Sequence record: SRR22947725_2486
Reading direction: 5' to 3' (one strand)
Length of the DNA stretch: 64,000 nt
Part shown: piece after piece, positions 1 through 9,839 of the stretch
How the letters are laid out: every line of letters starts with the position of its first letter
How positions within the stretch are numbered: position 1 is the first letter of the stretch
Notes under the pieces: generated by a model
Database searches by the model: none
What the model was told of the DNA's origin: nothing
Seen by the model: the letters and a program-made list of their open reading frames with translations, nothing else
Made by a program: the position numbers and the translations under genes

Positions 1-1
1 T

Positions 2-1456
2 AATTGGAATTACAAAACTGAAGCGGAGAATTTTGCTTTGGACAGAAGTATTGATACCCCTAGAGGGAAAGTTATAGGCGGTTCTTCATCGATAAACTCC
101 ATGGTATACATGCGTGGTCACCCTCTAGACTACGAAGCCTGGAAAGATAAATTTGGATTGAAAGATTGGTCGTTTGATCAGTGTCTACCTTACTTCAAGG
201 CTGGTGAAAGCTCTGACCGTGGTGGTGACGACTGGCGTGGTGACAGTGGCGACTTGGGCGTTTCCAAAGGATCCTTTCAAAACCCATTATTTGATGCTTT
301 TGAAGAGGCCGGGAAAGATTCTGGGCAAGGTCACTCAGACGATCTAAATGGTTTTAATCCAGAAGGGGTCGCTAGACTAGATGCAACAAAAAAAAATGGC
401 CGCAGGTGTAGCGCAGCGGTTGCCCATCTTCGTCCTGCTTTGGCTAGGGGAAACGTCAAACTTATTACTCGAGCTCATGTAGAAAAAATAATATTTAGTG
501 GTACTACCGCTCAAGCAATCACCTATCGCCATAAAGGAAAGCTACATACGATAATTGCCGAGAAAGAAATTATTCTGTCCGGTGGAGCGATTAACTCACC
601 ACACATTTTAATGCTTTCAGGCGTCGGACCATCAGATCATCTACTTAAACATGGCATTACCCCGCTAATAGATTTACCTGGCGTCGGACAAAACTTACAG
701 GATCACGCAAAAATCGAATTACAGTATGAGTGCAAAAAAAGCTTTGCTATCCAAAAAGTTGATTTATCTATCAATAAATTAGCTGCGGGCATTCAATGGA
801 TCTTTACTCGAACAGGTATTGCAGCTTCGAACATTTGGGAAGCCGGCGGCCTCATTAAAAGTAATGAAAAAGTACCCTACCCTGACCTACAGTATCATTT
901 TGCACCAATTGGATATGAGTACAAAGGAACTAAAATCTACTTAAGGCAGGCTTTTGCATTACTTATTGATCAACTACGTCCCAGAAGCACTGGTTCCGTG
1001 GAGCTTAAGTCATCTAACCCTAACGATAAACCATTAATAACTTTTAATTATTTAAAAGACCCTAAAGATATCAAAGATCTTCTTAATGGTGTAAAAAAAG
1101 CTCGCGAACTTGTGGCACAAAAATCATTTGATCAATTTCGTGGTACTGAAATTGAACCAGGACCCTCAATAAAAACTGATGCTGAAATTAAAGCATGGCT
1201 CAGAAAAACTGTTGCAACTGACTACCATCCAAGCTGCACGTGCTCTATGGGGAACGGGAAACAAGCGGTAGTTGATGAGAATTTTTGTGTACATGGCCTT
1301 AAAAACTTAAGGGTTGTTGATGCCTCCGTAATGCCTAAAATTATCTCCGCAAATTTAAATGCTCCTGTTCAAATGATAGCGGCAAGGGCTGCAGATATGA
1401 TTTTAGGGTACAATCAAAAAGAACCATTAAAAGTATCATTTGCATTTGAGAAATAA
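2..1456 (+). CDS. GMC family oxidoreductase (choline dehydrogenase-like), 5'-truncated by window edge
   Basis: Frame is open from position 2 (NWNYKTE...[20 protein letters not shown]); GVGQNLQDH, YHPSCTC and LRVVDASVMP motifs; the N-terminal GxGxxG lies upstream of the window. Confidence 0.9.
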   Translation, partial: NWNYKTEAENFALDRSIDTPRGKVIGGSSSINSMVYMRGHPLDYEAWKDKFGLKDWSFDQCLPYFKAGESSDRGGDDWRGDSGDLGVSKGSFQNPLFDAFEEAGKDSGQGHSDDLNGFNPEGVARLDATKKNGRRCSAAVAHLRPALARGNVKLITRAHVEKIIFSGTTAQAITYRHKGKLHTIIAEKEIILSGGAINSPHILMLSGVGPSDHLLKHGITPLIDLPGVGQNLQDHAKIELQYECKKSFAIQKVDLSINKLAAGIQWIFTRTGIAASNIWEAGGLIKSNEKVPYPDLQYHFAPIGYEYKGTKIYLRQAFALLIDQLRPRSTGSVELKSSNPNDKPLITFNYLKDPKDIKDLLNGVKKARELVAQKSFDQFRGTEIEPGPSIKTDAEIKAWLRKTVATDYHPSCTCSMGNGKQAVVDENFCVHGLKNLRVVDASVMPKIISANLNAPVQMIAARAADMILGYNQKEPLKVSFAFEK

Positions 1457-1463
1457 TTAAATG

Positions 1464-2309
1464 TTATTCGTCACATAAAGATACTATCCATTTTTTTAAA
1501 ACCAGCCCATCTGAATGGTTTCCATCACATAGATAATCAACAAGATTAAAGTGATGTGCTCCAGAACAGATATGTAAAGTAACATCATCACCACGTTTGG
1601 TCAAAAAATTAGCCATAATCCAGGATTGATCGATCCATGCCGACGGTTCATCTCCGCCAGCTGAGATATAATATTTTGGTCCTAATGACGGAGGAAAATT
1701 TAGACAATCAAGTTTTTTTACTTCATCATCTGACAAATGTACATCATCTTGAATGGATATTTGTTGAATGAAACCTAATTCAAATACTCCCGATAGAGCT
1801 ACTATCCCTACTAACTTTTTCTTTATTGCTGGCTCATGGGACAAATGCATCCCTAAATGCGCCCCTGCTGAATGACCTAGCAAAACGATTTTTTGATTAA
1901 ACCCCTGAGCCTCTAAGTGCTCCATAACATGACTAATACCAACGCTTAAGGTTTTAACAATTGAAGTTAAAGTTACTTCAGGGCAGAGCGGATAATTGAT
2001 ATTTACGACTCCAAATCCACTTTTTAAAAGATCAGCTACATGGCTATCCATCCCAGACTTATCAAAGGCACGAAAATACCCTCCATGAATATTTATTATT
2101 ATTAATTTATCTGAACTTTTTACATGACAGTCATATTGCATTAAAGGGTGATCTCCATAAGCAATATCGAACTCGCCCTTAAGCTCTACTCTACGCCCAG
2201 CAGAGGCAGACTCCCAACCAGCTAAAATTGTAGTAATTCCCTCTCCAATTGCAGCACGAGGATTGAATTGCTTCTCAAGGTCTGAATGAGACCACTTTTT
2301 CCATGTCAT
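1464..2309 (-). CDS. alpha/beta hydrolase, arylformamidase/esterase-like
   Basis: HGGY oxyanion motif, GHSAG nucleophile elbow, HHFN catalytic His region. Confidence 0.8.
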   Translation of the reverse strand: MTWKKWSHSDLEKQFNPRAAIGEGITTILAGWESASAGRRVELKGEFDIAYGDHPLMQYDCHVKSSDKLIIINIHGGYFRAFDKSGMDSHVADLLKSGFGVVNINYPLCPEVTLTSIVKTLSVGISHVMEHLEAQGFNQKIVLLGHSAGAHLGMHLSHEPAIKKKLVGIVALSGVFELGFIQQISIQDDVHLSDDEVKKLDCLNFPPSLGPKYYISAGGDEPSAWIDQSWIMANFLTKRGDDVTLHICSGAHHFNLVDYLCDGNHSDGLVLKKWIVSLCDE

Positions 2310-2348
2310 TCTGTTTTCCTTCTCAGTAATAATAACAAAAATTCATTT

Positions 2349-3962
2349 TTAATATGATGAGGCGCTCATTCCATCTGTCGCAGGGTCAGCTCCACCATCA
2401 AGTTCACCATTAACTATTCGAATAGCATGTACCCAAGCGAAAGTATGGCTCTCCGGCCTCCTCACAACTTCATAATTATCAGATTTTAAACTAAATTCTG
2501 TTGATCTAAATATACGATTAGAAAGCTCTATAAAATTAGATGTAGCAGCAAACCTTGGAGCGCTTACAGCCTCTTGGGCATTCATTCCAAACACGATGAC
2601 ATTTAGTATGACCTGCAAATTTCCCATCGTAATGTAAGTAGCACCTGGCGCGCCTAGGATTAAATATGGGAGATCATCTTTAAAGATTATAGTTGGCGAA
2701 ATTGCCGTAAACCGCGCCTTTCCAGGAGCCAACGACCCAGGACGGCCTGGCCTAGGATCAAATACTGTCATTGCACCATTATACATGAACCCAAGGCCTT
2801 CAGTGACCACCCCCGAAGGCTGTCCAAGAGTATGGGTCATTGTTACACAATTTCCACTTACATCAGCCAATACAAGCTGAGTTGTGCACTTGCTTTCGGG
2901 ATTACCTTTATTAACCCTGTTAACAACCGCTCGGTCCCCTCGTTTTATTTTTTCTGCGTGAGCTTTAGCATAAGACTTAGATGTTAGTTGGTCAGTAGGA
3001 ACAACGGTAAATTTAGGATCCCCAACCTTAGTGTCTTTATCTATTGTAGCAATCTTCATAACTTCAGAGACCACTTTTATATATTCCACTGAGTTATGAC
3101 CCATGCCCTTAAGATCAAACTCTTCTAAAATGTTTAACATTTCAACTAACATAACGCCTCCACCAGGAGGATTATTTGTTGCAATTTTATAATCAAAAAA
3201 GGTTCCCCATAGAGGTGGGTGCTCTTCTGGCGTACACTCCTGAAGGTCCTCTATAGCAAGCAAACCTCCATTTTTCTGCATATCCGATATAATTCTCTGT
3301 GAGATTTCTCCTGAATAAAAATGATTCACTCCATAATTCCCAATATCTTGATAAAGTTGTCCCATATCAGGATTTAATAAAAGGTCACCAACCTTCTTAA
3401 CTAATCCACTCTCATCACAATAGATTTTTTGGGTTTCTTTAAACTTATTCACCATACTAATATTAGGGTCACGGCCAGCGGTTGCAGGCATATTCCAGTA
3501 GGAACTCATATGCGGTCTTATAAGTACTCCATTTCTACAATACTCAATTGCAGGTTGAATTAATTCTTTTAAAGACCGTGTTCCATATAAATTTAAAATG
3601 GTGTCTAAAGTTGCTAAGGTTCTCGGAGTACTTATAGAACCATATCCAAACTCATTCTCTCGACCGGATAAAATAAATCCCCAACCATCTTCAGCTTCTC
3701 GCTCGATAAGGCTTTCCCAGATATCAGACTTTACTGCCTTTGGCGCTCGCCCATGAAAATCAAATGTTGTATGAACACCCTTTTCAGGTAAAAAAATCTG
3801 TATATTTCCAAACCCAGCTATACCGCACATTTGTGGATCAACCGCAGTCTGAACTAATGCGGCACAAACAGTTGCATCTATAAGATTTCCACCTGCTTTA
3901 AGAACTTCAATTCCAGCTTCAACAGCTTCAGGCTGGGGAGCCGAAATCATACCATCTGTCAT
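2349..3962 (-). CDS. gamma-glutamyltransferase family Ntn-hydrolase
   Basis: GGNLIDA, DPQMCGIAG and DFHGRAP motifs; autocleavage site CT-TQLVLAD; C-terminal GGADP. Confidence 0.9.
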   Translation of the reverse strand: MTDGMISAPQPEAVEAGIEVLKAGGNLIDATVCAALVQTAVDPQMCGIAGFGNIQIFLPEKGVHTTFDFHGRAPKAVKSDIWESLIEREAEDGWGFILSGRENEFGYGSISTPRTLATLDTILNLYGTRSLKELIQPAIEYCRNGVLIRPHMSSYWNMPATAGRDPNISMVNKFKETQKIYCDESGLVKKVGDLLLNPDMGQLYQDIGNYGVNHFYSGEISQRIISDMQKNGGLLAIEDLQECTPEEHPPLWGTFFDYKIATNNPPGGGVMLVEMLNILEEFDLKGMGHNSVEYIKVVSEVMKIATIDKDTKVGDPKFTVVPTDQLTSKSYAKAHAEKIKRGDRAVVNRVNKGNPESKCTTQLVLADVSGNCVTMTHTLGQPSGVVTEGLGFMYNGAMTVFDPRPGRPGSLAPGKARFTAISPTIIFKDDLPYLILGAPGATYITMGNLQVILNVIVFGMNAQEAVSAPRFAATSNFIELSNRIFRSTEFSLKSDNYEVVRRPESHTFAWVHAIRIVNGELDGGADPATDGMSASSY

Positions 3963-4002
3963 TTAACATACCTCACAAAATATAATTTATTAACTAGCAG
4001 TG

Positions 4003-4935
4003 TTATTTAAGTCTTGCCTGAGCTTCTGTATGTTCAGGGCCAAGACCACAACAACCACCTATAATATTAACTCCTGAATCGATCCATTTTGATGAAAGTT
4101 CAGCTAGCTGGTTTGGAGACATAACATCCATAAATTGCCAATTAGGTGATTTGAAGTAACCACTATCTGGATAAGCCATCACAGGTCCAGAGTATTGTTT
4201 TTTTATAAGCCCTACACACTCTGAAATTAAATCAGCTGATGTATGCATAATTCCACAAACATCAAAATTATAATCTAGAGATAGCTTGACAACCTCTTCA
4301 AAACTAACCTTTTCATCGTGAAATGATGTTATTTCTCCACTCTCACTCTTTCTTTTTGCCGAAAAACCGCACCAAACAGGTAAATGTGATTGAGACACAC
4401 ACTTAAAAAGTGATTTCATTCGGTCTGGAATAGTCATCATTTCTAATAATAGTAAATCTACCCCACCTCGTTCGTGAAAATTAAGCATTTCCTTGAAAGC
4501 ACTATCTAAATCCTTTTTTGGGATAACAGTTTCAATTTGTTGTTTAACTCTCGTACCATCCCTTTTCCAGGAAGCTTGATGGGACATAGACCCCGCAATT
4601 AAAATATCTCTTGCCCCAGATTTTTCTCTGGCTATCAAAGCGGCTTCAATATTCTTTTTATTTATCGCTTCAAAGTTTTTTTCACTTTCCGTTCCTGCTA
4701 AAACAAGTCTCGATGATGCGTAACTATTGACAGTAATTACATCAGCACCGGCATCAATATAGGCGCGATGAGTATCAACTAGTAGATCAAACGACTCAAA
4801 AGAAACACTAGCTGACCACTGTGTGTTTTGCATTTTAGCTCCGCGACGCTCCAATTCAGTTGATGTTCCTCCATCAAGTATTAAAGTCTCTCCATTAGCT
4901 ATTTTTTGCATTCCTAAATCGTAGGCTGTGGTCAT
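4003..4935 (-). CDS. homocysteine S-methyltransferase family protein
   Basis: LDGGTSTEL, AGADVITVNSY and IIGGCCG motifs; ATG at 4935 preferred over 4965. Confidence 0.88.
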   Translation of the reverse strand: MTTAYDLGMQKIANGETLILDGGTSTELERRGAKMQNTQWSASVSFESFDLLVDTHRAYIDAGADVITVNSYASSRLVLAGTESEKNFEAINKKNIEAALIAREKSGARDILIAGSMSHQASWKRDGTRVKQQIETVIPKKDLDSAFKEMLNFHERGGVDLLLLEMMTIPDRMKSLFKCVSQSHLPVWCGFSAKRKSESGEITSFHDEKVSFEEVVKLSLDYNFDVCGIMHTSADLISECVGLIKKQYSGPVMAYPDSGYFKSPNWQFMDVMSPNQLAELSSKWIDSGVNIIGGCCGLGPEHTEAQARLK

Positions 4936-5038
4936 AATTCGGCTTTCCCTTACGTTATTTTTCATAATTTTGATAGTATGGTTAACAATATTCTAAATTT
5001 ATTCAAATGCCACTTATAACTTTTACGATGCTCTTTTT

Positions 5039-6331
5039 TTAAAAGCCCAACACATCCAATAGTTTATATTTTGTTAGGGTTAACTTGACTCCCAGTTTAC
5101 TAAATTTGTGAAATGGGATTTTACGAGGCAATGTAATTGGAAAGTCGAGCTCATCAGGCGCAACATTTAAAGCCCAATCTGCCATTACCTTCCCCATGGC
5201 CGTCGCCATGGCAACACCACGCCCATTATACCCCAAACCCGCTATGATCCCTTCCCCTAGTAAATTAAGGTGCGGATAATGATCAGTTGTTACAGCAATA
5301 TACCCTCCCCATGCATGTTGCCACGCCACCCCTTTTAACTGTGGAAACATTCTATGCGCTGATAATCTCAATTTCTCCTGCTCTCGCAAAGTCTCTCTCT
5401 TTGTATAGGCTCCTCTACCACCCATAATAAAACGACCATCAGAATCTAATCGATAGTAAAGCAAAGATCGACGCGTATCGGATGGTGCCTGCTTGCCTGG
5501 TAGTATAGATTTCAAGATATTGTCTGAAAGAGGTACAGTAGCTACTTGGACAGATTGAACAGGGATAATAGTTCTCTCCAAAGGAGGAAACAAACCATCG
5601 GTGTAACCATTCGTACAAAGTAATACCTTAGAAGCACGGAGAACACCATTATCGGTATGAATTTCGTAACCACCATTTTCCTTCACAATTTTTCGTGCTT
5701 TAGATCGGCCGTGAATAGTCACACCGGCTGAAATCGTTGCTTTAGCTAAACCAAGCACATAATTTAAGGGATGCAAATTACCCCCTCGTGGATCAAGGGT
5801 CCCACCACAATATTCGTTTGTTCCAATCATTTCTTCAATTTCTGTGGAGTTAAGAATTTGAATCGGAACACCCCTACTCTGCCAGTCTTTTGCCCTTTTG
5901 ATTTGCTTTACATGAGCATCTTCACTATGCGCTGCCCGTATCCACCCAGAGCGGATAGCATCACAATCAATATTGTATTTTTTTATAAGAGAGAATACGA
6001 GATCTGGTGCTGTGCCTGACATGTCAACTATCCTACGTCCAACCTCGGCTCCAAATTTAGCTTCAATATCATTTGGATCTTCTTTTAATCCAGGATTGAC
6101 TTGACCACCGTTGCGGCCCGAAGCACCCCAGCCAGGGTTTTCTGAATCCAGCACAACAATATTTTTGTTTTTTTCTGAGAGATGCAACGCTGCAGATAGG
6201 CCTGTGTAACCAGCTCCAATTATGGCAATCTCGGTTTCCTTGTCACCAATTAATGCATTACAAGTAATCTTACTGTTAGCCGTTGCACTCCACAAACTAT
6301 CAGCAATAAATAAAGACTCATTTTCAATCAT
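5039..6331 (-). CDS. FAD-dependent amine/amino-acid oxidoreductase (DAO family, PuuB/OrdL-like)
   Basis: IIGAGYTG, GWGASGRNGG and GYNGRGVA motifs. Confidence 0.88.
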   Translation of the reverse strand: MIENESLFIADSLWSATANSKITCNALIGDKETEIAIIGAGYTGLSAALHLSEKNKNIVVLDSENPGWGASGRNGGQVNPGLKEDPNDIEAKFGAEVGRRIVDMSGTAPDLVFSLIKKYNIDCDAIRSGWIRAAHSEDAHVKQIKRAKDWQSRGVPIQILNSTEIEEMIGTNEYCGGTLDPRGGNLHPLNYVLGLAKATISAGVTIHGRSKARKIVKENGGYEIHTDNGVLRASKVLLCTNGYTDGLFPPLERTIIPVQSVQVATVPLSDNILKSILPGKQAPSDTRRSLLYYRLDSDGRFIMGGRGAYTKRETLREQEKLRLSAHRMFPQLKGVAWQHAWGGYIAVTTDHYPHLNLLGEGIIAGLGYNGRGVAMATAMGKVMADWALNVAPDELDFPITLPRKIPFHKFSKLGVKLTLTKYKLLDVLGF

Positions 6332-6558
6332 AATTCAAACACTCAAAATTATTCAATTAGGATTAACAGATGCGTTCAATTTGGCAAGACCAGTATAACT
6401 ATCTCTATTTCGTAGATCTCTTTTTATAAAAGCCTACCATCGATTAAAAACATTTTTAACATGAAATCTATCAAAAAGATTAGATAAATAGCTTTATAAA
6501 GTTATAGTTAGACCTTAAAGATATTTGGTTAAGAGCTTTTAACAAAAGGATATAGCTA

Positions 6559-6915
6559 TTGGCAAAAACAAGAGTTGCGGTCGAGTTTGGAATGGGAACT
6601 TCCATAAGGAAACAGGATTATACTGGAGCCGCCATACGAGGCCTTAAAGATGCGTTATGGCATAATTCGTTATCAATTGCTGAGGCGTTTGGATTTAAAA
6701 AAGAAGCAATGTTAGTTGACGTTGAGATAGCTGTGCAACAACCAATGTCTGTTGATCTAACTAAGTTAGAAGAAATACTACCTTATGGTCAGTCAACATT
6801 TAAGGTTATTAAAGGCGGTTTAGATATTATTAAACCTGACGGTAAAGGCGCCACTGTAGTAGCCAACGTCGCAGTTATAGTTTCATTTAATATGGAGAGA
6901 GCCAATGACCAATAG
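6559..6915 (+). CDS. Lin0512 family protein
   Basis: EFGMG...DYTGAAIR...DALWHNSL, ILPYG and GGL motifs; TTG start after AAGGA. Confidence 0.85.
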   Translation: MAKTRVAVEFGMGTSIRKQDYTGAAIRGLKDALWHNSLSIAEAFGFKKEAMLVDVEIAVQQPMSVDLTKLEEILPYGQSTFKVIKGGLDIIKPDGKGATVVANVAVIVSFNMERANDQ

Positions 6916-7270
6916 ATTAATCCTAGAAATAGGTATGGGAAATGATTTATATGGTATGGATTATACAAAAGCAGCATGCCGAGCTGTTCAAGATGCTCTA
7001 CACCACTCATCACTCACTCTATTTAATTCACTTAATCTTAATTCGAAAGATATGACTGTAAAAGTCACTATTGGAGTACAAGATCCAAATAAGGTTGATA
7101 CAAAAATAGTAGCCTCCACATTGCCTCGAGGAGTAGCTAAAGTCTCAGCAGTTTACGGTGGTCAAAATGTAATTGATACGGATAATAATATACAGCACGT
7201 CGTTGCCATTGCAGCAATTGAAGCGATTTATCCAGTTAACAAAGAGGATTGGCGGATTTCGAAGGACTGA
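6905..7270 (+). CDS. Lin0512 family protein
   Basis: LEIGMGNDLYGMDYTKAACRAVQDALHHSSL and LPRG motifs; overlaps the upstream paralog by 11 nt. Confidence 0.88.
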   Translation: MTNRLILEIGMGNDLYGMDYTKAACRAVQDALHHSSLTLFNSLNLNSKDMTVKVTIGVQDPNKVDTKIVASTLPRGVAKVSAVYGGQNVIDTDNNIQHVVAIAAIEAIYPVNKEDWRISKD

Positions 7271-7292
7271 TCCGTCACAAAGTTATACGCTG

Positions 7293-8033
7293 TCAAACGT
7301 GCTGTGCTCCGTTGACCTGGACCTCAGTTCCCGAAATATAAGAGCTTTGACCGGAGCATAAAAAGAAAATAACTGAGGCGACTTCCGATGGTTGGCCCAA
7401 TCTTTGCAACGGAAGCGCATCAACAATTTTTTCTGTTCCAGGACTCAAAATAGACGTTTCAACTTCTCCTGGTGCTATAGCATTAACTCTAATTCCTAAA
7501 GGACCTAAATCATATGCCATTTCACGAGTTAAGGCTGCCAGAGCGGCTTTAGACGTTGCATAAGGTGCTCCAGCAAATGGATGAACTCGTGAACCCGCAA
7601 TAGATGTAACATTAACAATAGAACCCTTAGCTTCTTTTAACTCATCTATGAGGCCATTAACCAAAACAACAGATGAAAAGAAATTAACATGGAACACATG
7701 ACCCCAAGTTTTTAAATCGGTTTCGATACTATTTAATCTTTCATTAGTTGGTCCTTTTGGAGAAATTCCAGCATTATTTACCAAGGCATCAAGACGTCCA
7801 TTAACTTTTTCTTTTATAATAGGAATTGCATTAATGGTACTGTTTGGATCTGATAAGTCTACCTGGATATGATTTTCTTCGCCACCTGGCCAAGGGCATC
7901 TTTCATCAAACGGCTTTCGTGAACAGGTTAAAACTCTCCACCCCTCGGAGGAGAACCTTTTAACTGTGGCATGTCCGATTCCTCGGCTCGCTCCTGTAAG
8001 AAGAAGTGTTCTCTGGGACATTATGATATCCAA
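7293..8033 (-). CDS. short-chain dehydrogenase/reductase
   Basis: TGASRGIG, NNAG and YATSK motifs; true start may be M5. Confidence 0.92.
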   Translation of the reverse strand: MDIIMSQRTLLLTGASRGIGHATVKRFSSEGWRVLTCSRKPFDERCPWPGGEENHIQVDLSDPNSTINAIPIIKEKVNGRLDALVNNAGISPKGPTNERLNSIETDLKTWGHVFHVNFFSSVVLVNGLIDELKEAKGSIVNVTSIAGSRVHPFAGAPYATSKAALAALTREMAYDLGPLGIRVNAIAPGEVETSILSPGTEKIVDALPLQRLGQPSEVASVIFFLCSGQSSYISGTEVQVNGAQHV

Positions 8034-8168
8034 TTAATATTTCACCACCTCTTCTAACACGAACAACTAGGAGTTCAAGACCCATTTCCGATAAAAAAAG
8101 TCAGGTATATCTCGCGCTGGACAATAAATAATTACAAGTTATAAAATCTTAAAGCTTGGAGAATTATA

Positions 8169-8864
8169 ATGAAGGATAAAGAAATACCAATATATAGGGG
8201 CCTACCACTACCGGACCGCGTTCAAAAAGAAGATGGTCAGGCCCAACAAGATATCGAAAAATTTCTTTTATATATGAGAAAACGGCACTCGGTCAGAGAG
8301 TACTCAACCAGAGCTGTTCCAGAACCAATTATCAAAGCCGCCATTGAGGCGGCCGGAACCGCTCCCTCAGGCGCAAATCGCCAACCATGGCATTTCGTAG
8401 CAGTAAGCAGCGAAGAAATGAAACACAAAATCCGTTTAGCTGCAGAAGAAGAAGAAAAAACTTTCTACGCTGGTGGGGCTGGTGATGAGTGGCTTGCTGC
8501 GCTTGAGCCAATTGGTACTGGAGCTTCAAAGCCTCACCTTACGGATGCACCATGGCTTATTATCGTATTTGCTCAACGATACGGTCTTAGTAAATCTGGT
8601 GATAAACGAAAAAATTATTATGTTCCCGAAAGCGTCGGGATAGCAATGGGCGTGCTTATAACGGCGCTTCATCATGCAGGTTTAGTGTGTCTTGAGCACA
8701 CCCCAAATCCAATGAAATCGTTGGGCAGGTTATGCGGTCGACCAGCTAACGAAAAACCAGTGATGATTTTACCTGTCGGATATCCAACTGGTGAGGCCAC
8801 TGTTCCAGAAGTTGCTAAAATTAAAAAAACTATAAGTGAGATCATGACTGTATTTAACGATTAG
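8169..8864 (+). CDS. nitroreductase-family flavoprotein, iodotyrosine deiodinase-like
   Basis: RHSVR, APSGANRQPW, lid AAEEEEKTFY...KPHL, YYVPESVGIA and HTPNP motifs. Confidence 0.8.
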   Translation: MKDKEIPIYRGLPLPDRVQKEDGQAQQDIEKFLLYMRKRHSVREYSTRAVPEPIIKAAIEAAGTAPSGANRQPWHFVAVSSEEMKHKIRLAAEEEEKTFYAGGAGDEWLAALEPIGTGASKPHLTDAPWLIIVFAQRYGLSKSGDKRKNYYVPESVGIAMGVLITALHHAGLVCLEHTPNPMKSLGRLCGRPANEKPVMILPVGYPTGEATVPEVAKIKKTISEIMTVFND

Positions 8865-8969
8865 AAATTACAAGGCTAAAGAATATTTAAAAGTAAATGC
8901 TGTTTGTAGTTAATGTTATTTTACTATGTAAAGAATTTACGTATCCATCCTATAAAGTGAGGTGAAAAA

Positions 8970-9839
8970 ATGACTGCTTTAACAAAAGAAAATAATATAC
9001 GACCTCGCCGAAGCTTTATTTTTACACCAGGCCTACGACCAGACATGTTTCCAAAAGCATTGGCATCTGGCGCAGACATGGTGTGTGTAGAATTAGAGGA
9101 TGGTATTGCACCCAAAGATAAAGATGAAGCTAGGCAAAAGACTTTAGCTCTCTTTACTGAGAAACAAGCAGATGACGGAGTCGAACGTCTTGTCCGTATT
9201 AACAGCATTAGAGAGGCTTTCGGTATTGCAGATGTTCAAGCCATTCTTGCCACGGACACTCCTCCACCTGCCCTAATGGTTCCAAAGGTTAAATCTCCTG
9301 ATGAGGTGATATTATTAGACAATTTACTCACTGAGAGAGGTCATGAAACTCGATTACATATTATAATTGAAACTAATCAAGGCTTAGAATCGGCCTTTGA
9401 AATAGCCCACTCAAGTTCTCGGATTGATTCAATGCTATTTGGAGGAATAGATATGGCGGCAGAATTGCGCTGTGATCTTGCATGGGAATCTCTATTATAT
9501 GCTCGGTCTCGTTGTGTTCACGCTGCAGCTTCAGCTGGAATTGACGTTATAGATGTACCATATTTAGACCTAGAAGATCCCGAGGGAATGCAAATTGCGG
9601 CCGAGCAAGCAAAATCAATCGGTTTTTCTGGAAAAGGTTCTATTCATCCCAAACAAATATCTTCTTTAAACAATGTATTCACCCCTAATAAGCAAGAGAT
9701 TTCTCGAGCCAGAAAGATAATTTCTACATACGAAGCTGCAGATACCGGCCTTGTTGTAATTGACGGAAAGCTTATTGAAAAACCAGTGATGCGTGAAATG
9801 TATCGGATTATAGCAATAGCGGATAGAATAAAACGTTAA
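8970..9839 (+). CDS. CitE-family acyl-CoA lyase (citramalyl-/malyl-CoA lyase-like)
   Basis: RRSFIFTPG, ELEDGIAP, IIET, FGGIDM, IHPKQ and DGKLIE motifs. Confidence 0.88.
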   Translation: MTALTKENNIRPRRSFIFTPGLRPDMFPKALASGADMVCVELEDGIAPKDKDEARQKTLALFTEKQADDGVERLVRINSIREAFGIADVQAILATDTPPPALMVPKVKSPDEVILLDNLLTERGHETRLHIIIETNQGLESAFEIAHSSSRIDSMLFGGIDMAAELRCDLAWESLLYARSRCVHAAASAGIDVIDVPYLDLEDPEGMQIAAEQAKSIGFSGKGSIHPKQISSLNNVFTPNKQEISRARKIISTYEAADTGLVVIDGKLIEKPVMREMYRIIAIADRIKR

